DNA of 58,035 nt, taken from Octopus bimaculoides. Its lineage: Eukaryota. Made by a program: the position numbers and the translations under genes. Position 1 is the first letter of the stretch, and each line of letters opens with the position of its first letter. The stretch is from positions 49,386,565 to 49,444,599 of the forward strand of contig NC_068993.1 of the NCBI RefSeq assembly GCF_001194135.2, in the 5' to 3' direction. The notes below the pieces were generated by a model that saw nothing but the letters and a program-made list of their open reading frames with translations, was not told where the DNA came from and searched no databases. This document shows, piece after piece, positions 38,818-50,917 of the stretch.

Positions 38818-39644
38818 GCATATGCCACACTAATGGCTTCAAATATGTACATATGCAACACACATGCATGTCACATATAAACTTGGTGCATGTGTATACA
38901 CCTGGAACTGCGCTTATAATTTCAAACAGATATTCATGTCACTGCATACTTAGTAATCAACTTCCCTGAAACTAAAGAAAAAGAAAAAAAATGTAAGAAA
39001 GATGTCTGAAATATATGCTGAAAAATTGAAGCCATTTTGTTAAACATATAAGATGAAAATTAATCTTGCTACACATGTCTTATGATTATAATTAGTTTTG
39101 TTACAAATAGTTTATGATTATAATTAACTTTTTTATTAAACATGTTCTGTGATTAAAATGAATTAAAAAGTAAAAAATATATAGTTTTTCATGTGATAAA
39201 AAAAAGCATTTTTACTAAACTTGTTTAAAATGATTGGAATATTTTAAAATTTTATTTTTAGTTTGTTATTTTAATTTGTTATTTTTCCTTATTGGAAAGC
39301 TAGAATACCATAAGGAAAGCCATTTATGAGTTCTATTTGCTGGTCATAAATAACATAGCTGGTCTAACTGTCATGAGAAAGTAATGTGTGGAACAATACT
39401 GAAGAAATGACACATAATTATAAAAACAATAATTTGCCGTACCCCCTGTTGTTACAATTAAATAAGGTTTGTTATTAAAAATAATGTTTCATGCATAGGA
39501 ATGAAGTTTATGAATTTTATGAGGAATACATTATTAAAAATATTTTAAATAAAATCATATAAACCTTTCCATAATATTAGGAGTACTTTTCAGTTTTAAA
39601 TTAGGCTCTATGAGAAATACAGAAACTAATATTGGATAAGGAGA

Positions 39645-39679
<35 letters not shown>

Positions 39680-39739
39680 AATGATGTGAAACCAATTGCT
39701 CATTTTCTTTTGCTTTTTTCCTATTGAGTTACTCCTGAC

Positions 39740-40860
39740 AATAACTACAGAAAAAAACTCGTTAGGCAGAATATAAGTAATGGAAAAAAGAAGAGTGTTA
39801 CCATGCATGACTGGATAAAATGTAAGTAAGGTGGTGAGTTTCAGTTAAGAAACTGCTCAGAATTATTAACAGCTGGATTATGTACAAGTGCACCAGTATG
39901 TAAGAGACCTTAATTTAAAGTAAGAGATTTCCTGGACACATACAAAGAATATTTAAGTTCCATCACCTACCAGGAACAAGCCTGCCATTTGAGGAACAAA
40001 TGGTAAGATATGAAGGTCAGATACATTCCAGCAATATATGCCAGGCAAACTCACAAAGTAAAATATGAAATTATATAAGGTTTGATTTCTGGGTATTGCT
40101 GTTTTAATTCTTATGCAAAAAAAAAATGCAATCATTATGGCCTTGTGTCTAATGTACTCCAGAAATTATCACTTCCATACCATATATTTATGATCGACTT
40201 GATCAAACTTGTGGTTGATTTAGCTGTAGAGTCATATCATATACTTGTGTTACAATGACGGAAGACAGAAACGAGCTGCTGTTGGATATAACATAGTAAA
40301 ATTAAAAAGAAGAGGTCAAATAATATATCAGAAAGGAAATTTTCTGGCAACTACATAGTGACAAAAAGCAAATTGATTTTCCAGCCACTTGTGCTCAACT
40401 CATGTGGATATAAATGGCATACCTTTTGTAAACCTATCTCATTTATAACAGCTGCAAAGGTGGTATAGGTTGGATAAACCACATGATGGCTTTTACATTG
40501 AGTAATAAGTCTGCTAACTGATTTGGTATTAAGTAAATATGAATATTGTTAATACTTTTTTTCTTTATGCCAAGTCAAGGGGGACTCAAAAGTGTATTAC
40601 TACCTTCAGTTCTAAGCAGAAGTTTAGGGTAAGCGATTCATCCAAAAACATATAACAGTTGAAAGAAAGGCAAAAACTGATCCCCATAAAATAAATCCAT
40701 GGTGACAAGAGACAGTGCAGAGAATATTAACACCAGAGAAGGAAAGCTCTCACTGGACAGTTGACAGAAATGACTTTCCAGTGTGCTTTCTGTAAAGTTG
40801 CATTATACAAAGTAGGAAACTTTACAACTTTCCATCAAAGTAATATTACTTAATTTGTGC
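39740..40860 (+). mobile_element. Decayed piggyBac transposase relic
   Basis: Ordered motifs: FEEQMVRYEGQ../QQYMPGKLTK*NMKLYKV (cf. DESMVPFKGR..QYMPNKPTKYGIK), SYTCVTMTEDR, YNSCKGGIGWINHMM (cf. YNKYMGGVDRADQ), and C-terminal TFQCAFCKVALYKVGNFTTFH. Confidence 0.75.
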
Positions 40861-41134
40861 ACACATTATGTAATTTTATAAAATACTTTGTTTTCAAATT
40901 TCAAATTTATTATTTCATTTACCTGTAATTTAAAAATTTTATCTGTGAGTGAAAAATTCTGATTAATTATATTAGTGGAATGTATTTATGTATGTGAGAA
41001 TGAGTTTATTTCATTTTGTAGTTTTCTTGGAAAATTTTGAATTTCAATATTTTTTGCTGTTTACTTTTATTGTGCACATATCTGTCACAACTGTAAAATC
41101 GCAGTTGTGGCAGATACTGATGTCATGCAAATAG

Positions 41135-41313
41135 TACCAGTGGCATGTAAAAGCACTCATTATACTCTGAGTGGTTGGCATTAGGAAGGGCATCCAGCCA
41201 TAGAAACCATGCCAAATCAGACTGGAGTCTGGTGCAGCCTTCCAGCTTTCCAGCCTTGGTCAAACCATCCAACCCATACCAGCATGAGCAATGGACGTTA
41301 AATGATGATGATG
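41135..41313 (+). mobile_element. SINE family A, CpG-decayed copy
   Basis: gtaaaagcactc..ggttggcattaggaagggcatccagc..ggacgttaaatgatgatgatg. Confidence 0.9.
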
Positions 41314-41937
41314 TTTTATATGCACTCAAGTTCAACTGAAAATCCGATATTGTGCACAGTTCTTCAGTACCCATTTCTGTTATTTATTCCAGCTGATTAT
41401 TGGCTAATAACTCATTTTATTAATTTTATCCATTTCACCAAATTGAAGTGTGATTAGTTTTTAGAGAAAATACAATCATATTTTATATTCCTAACATTGC
41501 AGGCATGTAACAATAAACATAAAAGTTATGAAACCAGTCAAAGTTCTTGGTAATTATTTTGGAATTTTCTTGAAACAATGTTTTAGTTAGAAATATAAAA
41601 TGAAAGAATTAAACAGTTATCAATCTGCTGCTAACTTAAAAGGAATGTTCAACATTAACAATTTGTGTAGAAAGTGTTAAGGAGTACAAAAGTTCACTCT
41701 TAAAGAAGTTATAAAGAAAGGCAGGTGTCAGCTAAAATAATTATCAATAAAAAGCTTAATTAGTGATTAGAAGTAAACCTAATTAAATCCTTAGTTGTTG
41801 AGATATAACAGTTCATTTGAATTACATAATTATTTGTTTATTTATATTTAATTGTAATAAATAAGCATCAGCGATGGATGTGGAAATTTTGTGTAATTTT
41901 TCGCAGTATTTAAGACTTAACTTGTGATCGCCGTTTA

Positions 41938-42540
41938 TGTATCATACTAAATTTACATAGGTGTTAGAAAGCATGAAGCTGTGGTATTGTCTGAGGTAAA
42001 ATCTCTTCATAGACTTATGTTAAAAATATGATATATATCAGAGCTAGAAAAACACTGTTGTTTCAGTGACTCACAAGAATGATAGAAGCATTTCACTTCT
42101 GTTGAGGCTTTTCAACGCCCTGCACTTGATTGTCACCTACTTAAGTGAAATTCGTGCTTTGATATAATTAAGAAACTGAATAAAACATTTGCTGGTAATA
42201 ACAGACTGTAGAAAACTTGATATATGCTATTGAAACAGCATTAAATTAAAATTGCTATCTGTGTATCATACTAAATATACATAGAAAACCATGGAACACT
42301 GAAATCTCTCTATAGATGTTGTGTTAAAAAAATTATATATATATCAGAGCAAGCTGAATATCATTGCTGCTGTGACTCACAAGAATAACAGACACATTTT
42401 AGACACCTTTTTGACTTTCATGCACCGAGTTTAGCTTGTTGTATTTTTTGGTATCAGTGTTAATCATAGAAAATTCTATAAAGCATTCAGCAGGTAATAC
42501 CTTATCATATACAAATATTGGAAGGTGATTGTCTGTCTGA
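41938..42540. repeat. Degenerate ~320-bp tandem duplication (two copies)
   Basis: tgtatcatactaaat, aaatctct, tatatatcagagc, gtgactcacaagaat and ggtaata recur in the same order from 41938 and from 42262. Confidence 0.7.
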
Positions 42541-42587
42541 TGTACCTGTGATTTTTATGAGATCAACTTCCTTAGATTAAACAACTG

Positions 42588-42680
42588 ATAAACCTTTATC
42601 CAAAATACTTGGGACTGGAGCCATTTCGGACTACAAACCATTTCAGACTACGAATTTGTCAGATTTTTTAATGATTGTGT
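42588..42680. mobile_element. Possible Tigger/pogo-type MITE terminus
   Basis: ccttt atccaaaatacttgggac..tttcggact..tttcagact..gtcagatttttt resembles recalled Tigger-type ends. Confidence 0.3.
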
Positions 42681-43126
42681 ATTTTCATATATCAGTAATA
42701 AAATACATTGTGCTCAGATGAGAGTATGAAAGTTGAAGAGGTGCAAGTATAGAAGCAGAAATTTTATGGGGGAAAGTTTCAGAGTGAAGTTGGTGGCATG
42801 GTGCCCTGATGTCACTAAATATACATAGAAAGTTGTGCATCATAGTTGGCTTTGCAGAAACAGGTGGTGAGTAGGTACATTAAAGGTAAATTACACATGA
42901 GTTGAACTTAAAAGAAAAGAAAAGTTAAAACAATAAGGGTTTTGCAGGAAATTTATCAATAATCAAATAACTGATAATAATTAATAGCAATAATTTAATA
43001 TTGCAAAAAAAAATAATGTAGAATCATGATCTTAGCTGAGCATGTTGAAGTTTCTTCTCTTTGTATTGATAGCTGACCAGATAAACAAATGAATATAGAG
43101 GAAAGTAAGGAGCAAAGAAGTATGTT

Positions 43127-43182
<56 letters not shown>

Positions 43183-43399
43183 CTGGAGTGGGGAATAGAA
43201 GCAGCATGTAAGATGCATAGTTTTTTTTAACCAAGAGAAGAAAAGTTAAAGTTAAACCAATATATTGTTGGAAATATTAAATAAACATAACTATTTAGTT
43301 ATATCAAAGACTTTCTGTGCTTCAGTTAGAAGATAAAAATCAATAATTGGAAAATCTAAACACCAAGTTATTTAATAAAACTGTTCATCTTCAACTTTT

Positions 43400-43880
43400 C
43401 TTTAGCCCTTACTTTGTAACCATTCTGTATTGAAGTTGGTCTCTCCACACCTACAATTTCTCACTCTGGACTACCATCAGTTTCACAAGTCTTTAGTTAC
43501 ATTTGAGATTACCTTTTAAAAGCATCTTTGCCAGCTTTCCCACTGTTCATGTCCCTTTTAGTATTCTTCCATCACTCATTCTCAATATATAACCCAAGTA
43601 CTTGCTTGTTCTCAGCAATTCTATTTGTTCTGTTTTCCTGAATATTCCCACATTAGTGATTTGATCCCTCTATGTCAGCTTTGTATTCAGTCATTTCTCA
43701 CTTCTTTTCTAAAGTTGCCATGTGCCACTGCCTTTTAAGTGTCCAAATATTGGCAAGTCTACCAAATGCTGCCCTAGTTTTTTTTTCAATCTCGATGTCA
43801 CCTTCCTTGTCACTGTTTCTTACTGCCCAAGTTGGTGAAACAATACAATTTCTAAGTCAACACTTCACCAGTGGAAGAAT
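43400..43880 (-). mobile_element. Decayed LINE 3' coding region (RTE-like)
   Basis: ITNVGIFRKT..KYLGYILRMSDGRILKG resembles RTE RWLGHVLRM.DGRIPK. Confidence 0.45.
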
Positions 43881-43934
43881 ATTCTTATCTGAATTCTTCA
43901 CGAATGTCAAAAGCAAAAATGCTCTTCAGTATAG

Positions 43935-44720
43935 AAAAGACACATTAGACAATGTAGTCCAAGATACTCCCTAAGATGGGCTATCCACAACTGGAACGCT
44001 TTTGATCACAGGTCTGCTCAGTCAGAGTTGTTTTCAGGCTATGCATCAGAAACAACTTATTCATAAATGATGCTATGTAATCACCAGCAACTGAACACAG
44101 ATATTTATGTTAGAAACAATGGCAAGATCCTCACATATGCCTTTATACTTTAGTTTTTGCTATTTAACCACGTTATCCCTGATCCAGTAGACTTACAATC
44201 AAAGGTCCTTCCTTTTCCCATTTTGTTTTTAAGCACAATATGTCTACTTTAACCTGCATGTTTGCTTTCATCATCATCATCCTTATCGTTTAACATCCAC
44301 TTTCCATGCTAGCATGGGTTGGACGATTTGACTGTGGACTGGTGAAACCAGATGGCTACACCAGGCTCCAATCTGATTTGGCAGAGTTTCTACAGCTGGA
44401 TGCCCTTCCTAACGCCAACCACTCCGAGAGTGTAGTGGGTGCTTTTACACGCCACCGGCATGAAGGCCAGTCAGGCGGTACTGGCAACGGCCACGCTATG
44501 TGCTAGAAATAGCAGCCAAAATCTCCCCCTACTTACAGTTTGTCTAAAAACAAAATGGAAGTGTGCTGTGTTCCGTTGCTGATGAGATACTCTTTGGGAA
44601 TATGTTGGACTACATAATCTGAGTCTTTTCTATATTTAAGAGCAAAAAAGGGAGACTGCAATTTAAGCAAGACTTGGCTGCTATTTCTAGCAGATTCTGC
44701 ATCCACAGAGAGAGCTCACC
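43935..44720. mobile_element. Cluster of family D repeat fragments in both orientations, around a family A SINE
   Basis: gacacattagacaatgtagtcc..ttttgatcacaggtctgctc; tgctagaaatagcagccaaaatctccc (~44500); ttggctgctatttctagcag (~44675). Confidence 0.65.
44268..44500 (-). mobile_element. SINE family A
   Basis: High similarity to 57806-58035. Confidence 0.92.
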
Positions 44721-45253
44721 AAAGCTTCAAGTGAAGTTTTCTTAAACTTTTTTTTTGTTTTTATTTTATTCTATTTATTTCCATGTAAAATGTTTGTAAA
44801 TTTATCAAAGTCTGATTTATTTTACCATGATGGCAGCAGTGACGAGGAGTTTCAGTATACACTTATCATTTAATCATGTCGTTTTGATACAGAATATTCT
44901 GCTGCTTCTAAAGAGACAGGAACTGGTTTATATGTTTTCTTTGGATGTAAGCCATCTATTTACTTTCCTTCATTAAAATTTAATTAATACCTGATGGAGA
45001 TTCGATAATGCTTTTGCTTATTAATAAACACCTGTCTCTTCCATGCTTAGCTTCAGATTTTCTGTTTTACTAACATGCTGAATATAAAGTGGAAGTTTTG
45101 TGCATGTGTGTGTGTATGTGTGTGTATTTATGTAGTTGTAACCATTGTTCTTGAAATGGAAGTTCTGTGAATGGTTATAGAGTATTTTTTGCAGGTAGAA
45201 GTTTTGTGTCTAGTAGTGGAATATTCATTGTTTTGGAAGTGTGGAAGTGGAAG

Positions 45254-45300
<47 letters not shown>

Positions 45301-46569
45301 GGGTAACTTTTGTTTTGAAGGTGGAAATTATATGTATGGTTGTGGAGTTATTATTGTTTCAGTGTTGGAAGTTTTGTGTGTGTGTGAGGAACCATGAAGT
45401 ATTCATTGTCTTGGAGGTGGAAGAAGACTAAAGCTGAGAGACCTTTGCGAAAACTGCCGAAATTAATTCATTACTCTCCTCCAGTTTTTGTTTGCTAATA
45501 ATGGTAGGAGGGAAGATAACTTAATATCGCTTCACTTGGCACCAAGGAATAAAGTGGTTGCAATAGATCCAGCCTTGTTAGTGGTGTTGCAGAAACCTTG
45601 GGTAGGGGTGTGTTTTGTGATAAACAGAACGAGGTGTTGATAGGGTGATGGGAAAGCATAGAGAAGGATTGGAAAAAATGCTCTGCTTTCATTAAAGAAG
45701 TATAACTTGCTGGAACATTTTTTTAGGTATTTGCCTGCATGAAGAAGAATTTAATAATTTATTTATGTATTTATTTATTCAGTCATTCAGTCAGTCATTT
45801 ATTTATTTATTTATGGTAGCTGTCAGGATTTCCCCAAAGAAATTTAGAAAATTGATTGAGGATGTGTGTCCATTAGGTAGACAAAAAAGTTTCTTTCCAA
45901 CCTCTGAACCTAGCCAATAGCTTTTCCTGTGATATAATGTTATAATCCAATTTTAAAACTTTCATAATGTCATCATTATCAGACAGGGGTGTGGCAAGCT
46001 TTGTTGGATGCCAACTACAGCATTTTGCCATTTTCTTGTTATGTTCTTTTTCTTTCTCTGTTTTGCTCCGCCCCCTTTCTTCAACATGATCATTATTTAT
46101 AATTAATGGCTATAAAGAAAATGAATAATGTTGAAAAAGCAATAAGGTTTGTGATAAGGATGGCAATGAGGAGGAGGAGGAGGAGGAGGAGGATGAAGAG
46201 GAGGGGAATAAGAAAGTGGTGGAGAGTGGCAACAATGCACTTTTTTTTTAATAACAAAAACATATTTTGAGGAAATTCAAAGAGAAGATTTGGGAATTTT
46301 TTTTTAAGTGTTATTTTGTTTTGTATTTATTTATTTTTTTTGCACTGTCAAGACTAATTTGCAAAATTATCTGCAAGTTTTTAATAGTTAATAGAAACCA
46401 AAAGGAGGTAACATAGCCTAATAGTTAAGTCATTATGTTGAGTCGTTAGTTTCCCCACACATTGAAAAACAGGTTTGAATAATGTTTACTTGTAAATTGA
46501 ACTTGAATTTGTTAACTTTTATTATTTTTTTTTTTCTGGTATTCATTCTGATAATACAAACTTGTATGA

Positions 46570-46790
46570 AAGATGGAGTGCACGAGAGATGACAAGGCAT
46601 TAGTTGGTGTGTGTAGGAAAGGTGGTTGTACTGGTACAGACATGTAATGTGTATAATCGACACCTGCTGGGTGAAAAGCTGACGTGCTAGCAGTGGAAAA
46701 CACCCTTGGCAAAGGAAAAACCAAGGAAGACATTGGAAGAGGTGGTGAGGTCAGATTCTAAGATAGTTAGGCCTTACAGACAAGACACAC
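46570..46790 (+). mobile_element. RTE LINE 3' end fragment
   Basis: DTCWVKADVLAVENTLGKGK/PRKTLEEVVRSD resembles the RTE C-terminal GRGRPRKTWDEVV.D. Confidence 0.55.
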
Positions 46791-46879
46791 GACTTTTTTT
46801 TTTTTTCATGCAGGAAGGAAAAACACATTAAAATAACAATGAGAATATGTTCAAACACGAGTACTACTTCCATCTGTAC

Positions 46880-47290
46880 ACATACATTCTCATTCCCTCA
46901 TATACATTCACTGACACTACCAATTTCTCACACACACATACATGGGCACGCATGCACGCACGCACACACACACACAGACAAATGCACAAGCACATACACT
47001 CAAACACAAACATGTGCACTCTCATTCTCTGTGATATATTGCTTTCTCACTCTCTTACATGGATGCTCTCTTTTTCACACACATGCATTCTCTCTCCCTT
47101 GCATACACACATACATACTCTCAAAGCTGACATACACACACATATGCACACATGTTCTCCTCACATTTTCATCTATACTTTCACTTGTTCTCTCTCACAC
47201 ATTCTCTCTCTTTCTCCCCCTCTCTTTCTCTCGTGTTTGTTTTCTCTCACATACACATGCATACACATATCCCAAAACTCTCTTATATGC
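46880..47290. repeat. Degenerate (CA)/(CT) low-complexity tract
   Basis: Direct reading; source of the H/T-rich ORFs. Confidence 0.85.
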
Positions 47291-47567
47291 ATATTATCCC
47301 ATGAATGGAAATGTGCTGTGAAGTAATAATGGAATATGCTTGTGAGGAATATAAGCAAAAGAAGTCTTATGTTTCCTTAGTATACTGTTACCAAAGAATC
47401 TCAGGCAAAAAGTTAGAGTAGACCTGAGACTATTGGTCCCTCACAAACAGGATGGAACAGAGTCAAGAAGTCAGGAGAAATTTTGTAAAATAAACCTTAT
47501 TCGGTGTAAGTCAGTGTGGAAAAAAAAATGAGTGCTAAAACTACAGTGACAATGATGGTGATGATGG

Positions 47568-47598
<31 letters not shown>

Positions 47599-47602
47599 AG
47601 TG

Positions 47603-47770
47603 ATTTCAAATTTTGGAGCAAATCCAGCAAATTTAGGAGAAGGGGTAAGTTGATTACATCTGTCCCAGTATTCAACTAGTATTTATTTTATCAACCCTGC
47701 AAGGATGGAAGACAAAGCCAACCTTGTCAGAATTTGAACTCAGAATGTAATGGGAAGAAATATTGCAAAT
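47603..47770 (-). mobile_element. SINE family B, preceded by (GAT)n
   Basis: tttcaaattttggagcaaatccagc..atttgaactcagaatg. Confidence 0.85.
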
Positions 47771-47834
47771 ATACCTGGGGAGGTTTTTTGCAGTATTTTT
47801 GCAAAAAATCAATCCGAAATTGTTCTCCAATACT

Positions 47835-48131
47835 CTAATTAGTTCTGCTAGTTCTCCACTTTAACGATGATAACAATAACCATTTGACATAAATGAGCAT
47901 TGCTTTTGGTTTGGTTTTTTTTAAAAATCTTTTTGTGTCAATGAGTGTCAAAATATGAGACAGAAATAATACAAACTGCTTTCTTCCTAGTAGATTACTT
48001 TGATCAATAGTAACAACATGCAAATCTAAATTTATAGTTACTACTAGGTCTGCTTTAAACTCCTGTGGTGTTGATTTTTGAAGATAAAATGTTGAATTAC
48101 TTTCAAAGCTTTTATATAAGACATCAGCCAT
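47835..48131 (-). CDS. Unexplained 98-aa ORF (MADVLYKSFESNSTFYLQK..); possible coding exon or chance ORF
   Basis: aaaATGG start context with a tttcag acceptor 11 nt upstream; no family recognised. Confidence 0.15.
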   Translation of the reverse strand: MADVLYKSFESNSTFYLQKSTPQEFKADLVVTINLDLHVVTIDQSNLLGRKQFVLFLSHILTLIDTKRFLKKTKPKAMLIYVKWLLLSSLKWRTSRTN

Positions 48132-48407
48132 TTTGATAATGGCTGAAAGTCAAGCTTTTCTTTTCTTCTCTCTTTTTTTTTTCTTTAATGGCAAGATTAG
48201 TGTTGATTTCTTGTAATTTCTGTCACGAATTATATATCATGAGTACTGTAGAGGTTATTCTTTGACTACAATATTCTTACTAAACTAAAGTTATTTAGCA
48301 TATATAAAGCTTTACACGTGATTTACAAACCTAGTAAAGTACTATATTGTACCTCTGCTACTTATAGGAGCGTATTGTACATTCATATCAATGTTACCTA
48401 TTTATAG

Positions 48408-48537
48408 CTATGTGGATCAGGTCATTTAGAGTCGAATGTAGTTCTCAGTGGTATAGCACATCATTCATCACAGAATACGAATTATCGACTCCTTTGCCAA
48501 GTTGCTTCTAACACAATCAACATAGCCAGCTGTTGCT
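48408..48537 (+). CDS. Candidate exon (LCGSGHLESNVVLSGIAHHSSQNTNYRLLCQVASNTINIASCC)
   Basis: gttacctatttatag acceptor, 43 open codons, three CpGs in CpG-poor context; donor uncertain (G|gtatag at 48451 or T|gtagat at 48538). Confidence 0.28.
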
Positions 48538-48654
48538 GTAGATATACAATTGTTAATGTTGTTGTTATTTAACCCTAAGTCTGTCCTGGTCAAGCATTTA
48601 TTTCAAAAGGCTTTCTAGCTGTGACTATCTCATCTGTTTGTATTTCTCAGATTA

Positions 48655-48988
48655 TTGTTGTTGTTGGCACTCCGTCGCTTACGACGTTGAGGGTTCCAGT
48701 CGATCCGATCAACGGAACAGCCTGCTCGTGAAATTAACGTGCAAGTGGCTGAGCACTCCACAGACACATGTACCCTTAACGTAGTTCTCGGGGATATTCA
48801 GCGTGACACAGTGTGACAAGGCTGGCCCTTTGAATTACAGGCACAACAGAAACAGGAAGAAAGAGTGAGAGAAAGTTGCGGTGGAAGAGTACAGCAGGGT
48901 TCGCCACCATCCCCGGTCTGGGAATCGAAACCGCGATCCTATGACTGCGAGTCCGCTGCCCTAACCACTAGGCCATTGCGCCTCCACA
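48655..48988 (-). mobile_element. Young tRNA-derived SINE (family E) with 10-bp TSD
   Basis: A-box TGGCCTAGTGG, B-box GGTTTCGATTCC, (CAA)n tail, CpGs intact, TSD TCTCAGATTA at 48645-48654 and 48989-48998. Confidence 0.95.
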
Positions 48989-49001
48989 TCTCAGATTACT
49001 C

Positions 49002-49225
49002 AGTTAGTATTCAGATTACTTTGTCAGATGTAATACTCATTTATTAACAATGTTTTGAATTAAATCTGCATTATGTCTCATAGCTTCGATATTTCAATGA
49101 TGTGATCATCTATTTTTAGAACAACATTGTATGGATGATATAAAAGGCCAGATCTGGCTGGTTTGAACATGAAACAGGGAGAATAATTGGGCTGGATATG
49201 GGAAGTTTAAATGCTAAAGGGTTAA
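49002..49225. mobile_element. Non-autonomous piggyBac-type MITE
   Basis: Right end aatgctaaaggg-TTAA (49222-49225); decayed left end ttagtattcagattact; no ORF. Confidence 0.7.
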
Positions 49226-50917
49226 TGCAGCCTTTCATTTTTGAAATAGGGTGTGATTTGAGAGAGTATATGACGACCATTTCAAGTTGATTGAGTGGCA
49301 ATGTACAGTCTCTCTAATTCACTATATATACAGATTATTTTATTTTTTTCCTCATAAAAAGACTATTATTTTCAAACTTTAATTGTATAACGTAATGACT
49401 TTCACTTCTTTTAATTTCTTAATAAACGTACTAATGTTTTAGGTAGTAATGCCATAAAATTAGCACAGATAATAAAAATGTCTGACAATTATCGACATTT
49501 TAATTTTAAATTGCAAGGTATTGTATTGTTAGAAGTGCTAAACTATTGATAAACTAAAGACTGTGATTGAAAAGATATATATTCTCTATTTTTAATCTGA
49601 TTGATTTTTGTAAGATTTTGATGCTTAACACACAATTTATCTTCTTTCCTGTTGCCTGAAGTTGTCTTAAAACAACCTCCAGTTGTCAACATTCAATATA
49701 TCTTGTTTATATAAAATACTGTACGTAACCTGATTTTTTCCCCCACCTACCATTAATGTATATAAAATGTTACAAATACCATGTATGTACTATGATAAAT
49801 TTTTCCTTGATTCTTTTGTTTTCTATTTTTAAACATGTTTTTTCTTCAACGAGCTGCAACCACAAGTGGTGAAAATAGAGAGAAATTTATTGTTAGTAAT
49901 GTACAAGTCTGAATCTTACTGCTACTACTGATTCTGTCTTAAAATTGCTCTGATGTTTATTTTCTAAGATAAAACTGAAAATCATTTTAAAAACATTTAT
50001 ACAACAAAAACATAAATTATTCATTTGTTTGTTTTTTACTTGATATAAAAGTAATTTAGAATATATCAGTCAATAAGAAAATAATAGTTAACAAATGAAA
50101 TCTAGGTTCAGTGAAATGTGCCATAAAGTATATTTTAATTATAATTATGACATGAATTTGAGATAGAAATTTTAAAGCATATATTTTTGTTATTCAATAA
50201 TTTTAGCTATGATCTCTTTCTGTTTTCTTTTGTCTCTGTTATATCCAGTCGTATTGCTTACTGTTGTGATAACTAGCTTCTAAGGAAATTGGAAACAAAA
50301 AAAAAAAAAGAAGCAAATTATTTTATCATTTTTGGTTAGCAGGTGAATTTCAAAGTGTAGAAGAGAATTGACCATCTAGGTGAAAATTCTGTTCTATTAT
50401 TGTTCCAGATTCTATAATTTATATTGTGAAGATAATAGTGTTATGGAGAAATAGGAAACTGTTAATATGAAATTCAAAACTATCTGTCTGAATATGTTTC
50501 CCTTCCAATATGTACACTGCATACACACATTCACATCCATATACACACACACACACACAGACACATCCATACATTTATACAAAACTGAAAAGTTTTTGGT
50601 AGTGTTCAGAATAATATATTATTATTATTAATAATAATAACAATGAAAAATTAGTCAGAAGCAGTGAAAGTATCATTTCTTGGTTTATTTAGATATACAG
50701 GTATAAAAGGGTTTTGAATTTCCCTACGGAAATGGAATACTGTCTAAGAGATGTGAAGATTGACTCTCAAGTGCTGGACATGTAGACAAAATGTTTGAAG
50801 CTGCATTTCATTTCATTTCTGTAAGACAATTCAAAGACTCTCTTATATTTGTATATAACTAAGATAAGAAACGATGCTGTTATTACTTATGATTTTTCAT
50901 TGTTAACACACACAAAA

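Noticed and set aside
39729-40003. Exon-like segments ending HDWIK|gtaagt and FEEQM|gtaaga
   Set aside because: They lie within the piggyBac transposase relic
48900-48988. tRNA gene
   Set aside because: A and B boxes are present, but it is the head of a SINE with body, tail and TSD; no acceptor stem closure. The same applies to the heads at 7634 and 13669
4662-50700. Additional microexon-like motifs (4662-4672, 14718-14721, 18453-18456, 19035-19045, 50693-50700)
   Set aside because: Lengths are not multiples of three, and several such motifs are expected by chance in 58 kb of T-rich DNA (rough estimate, not computed)
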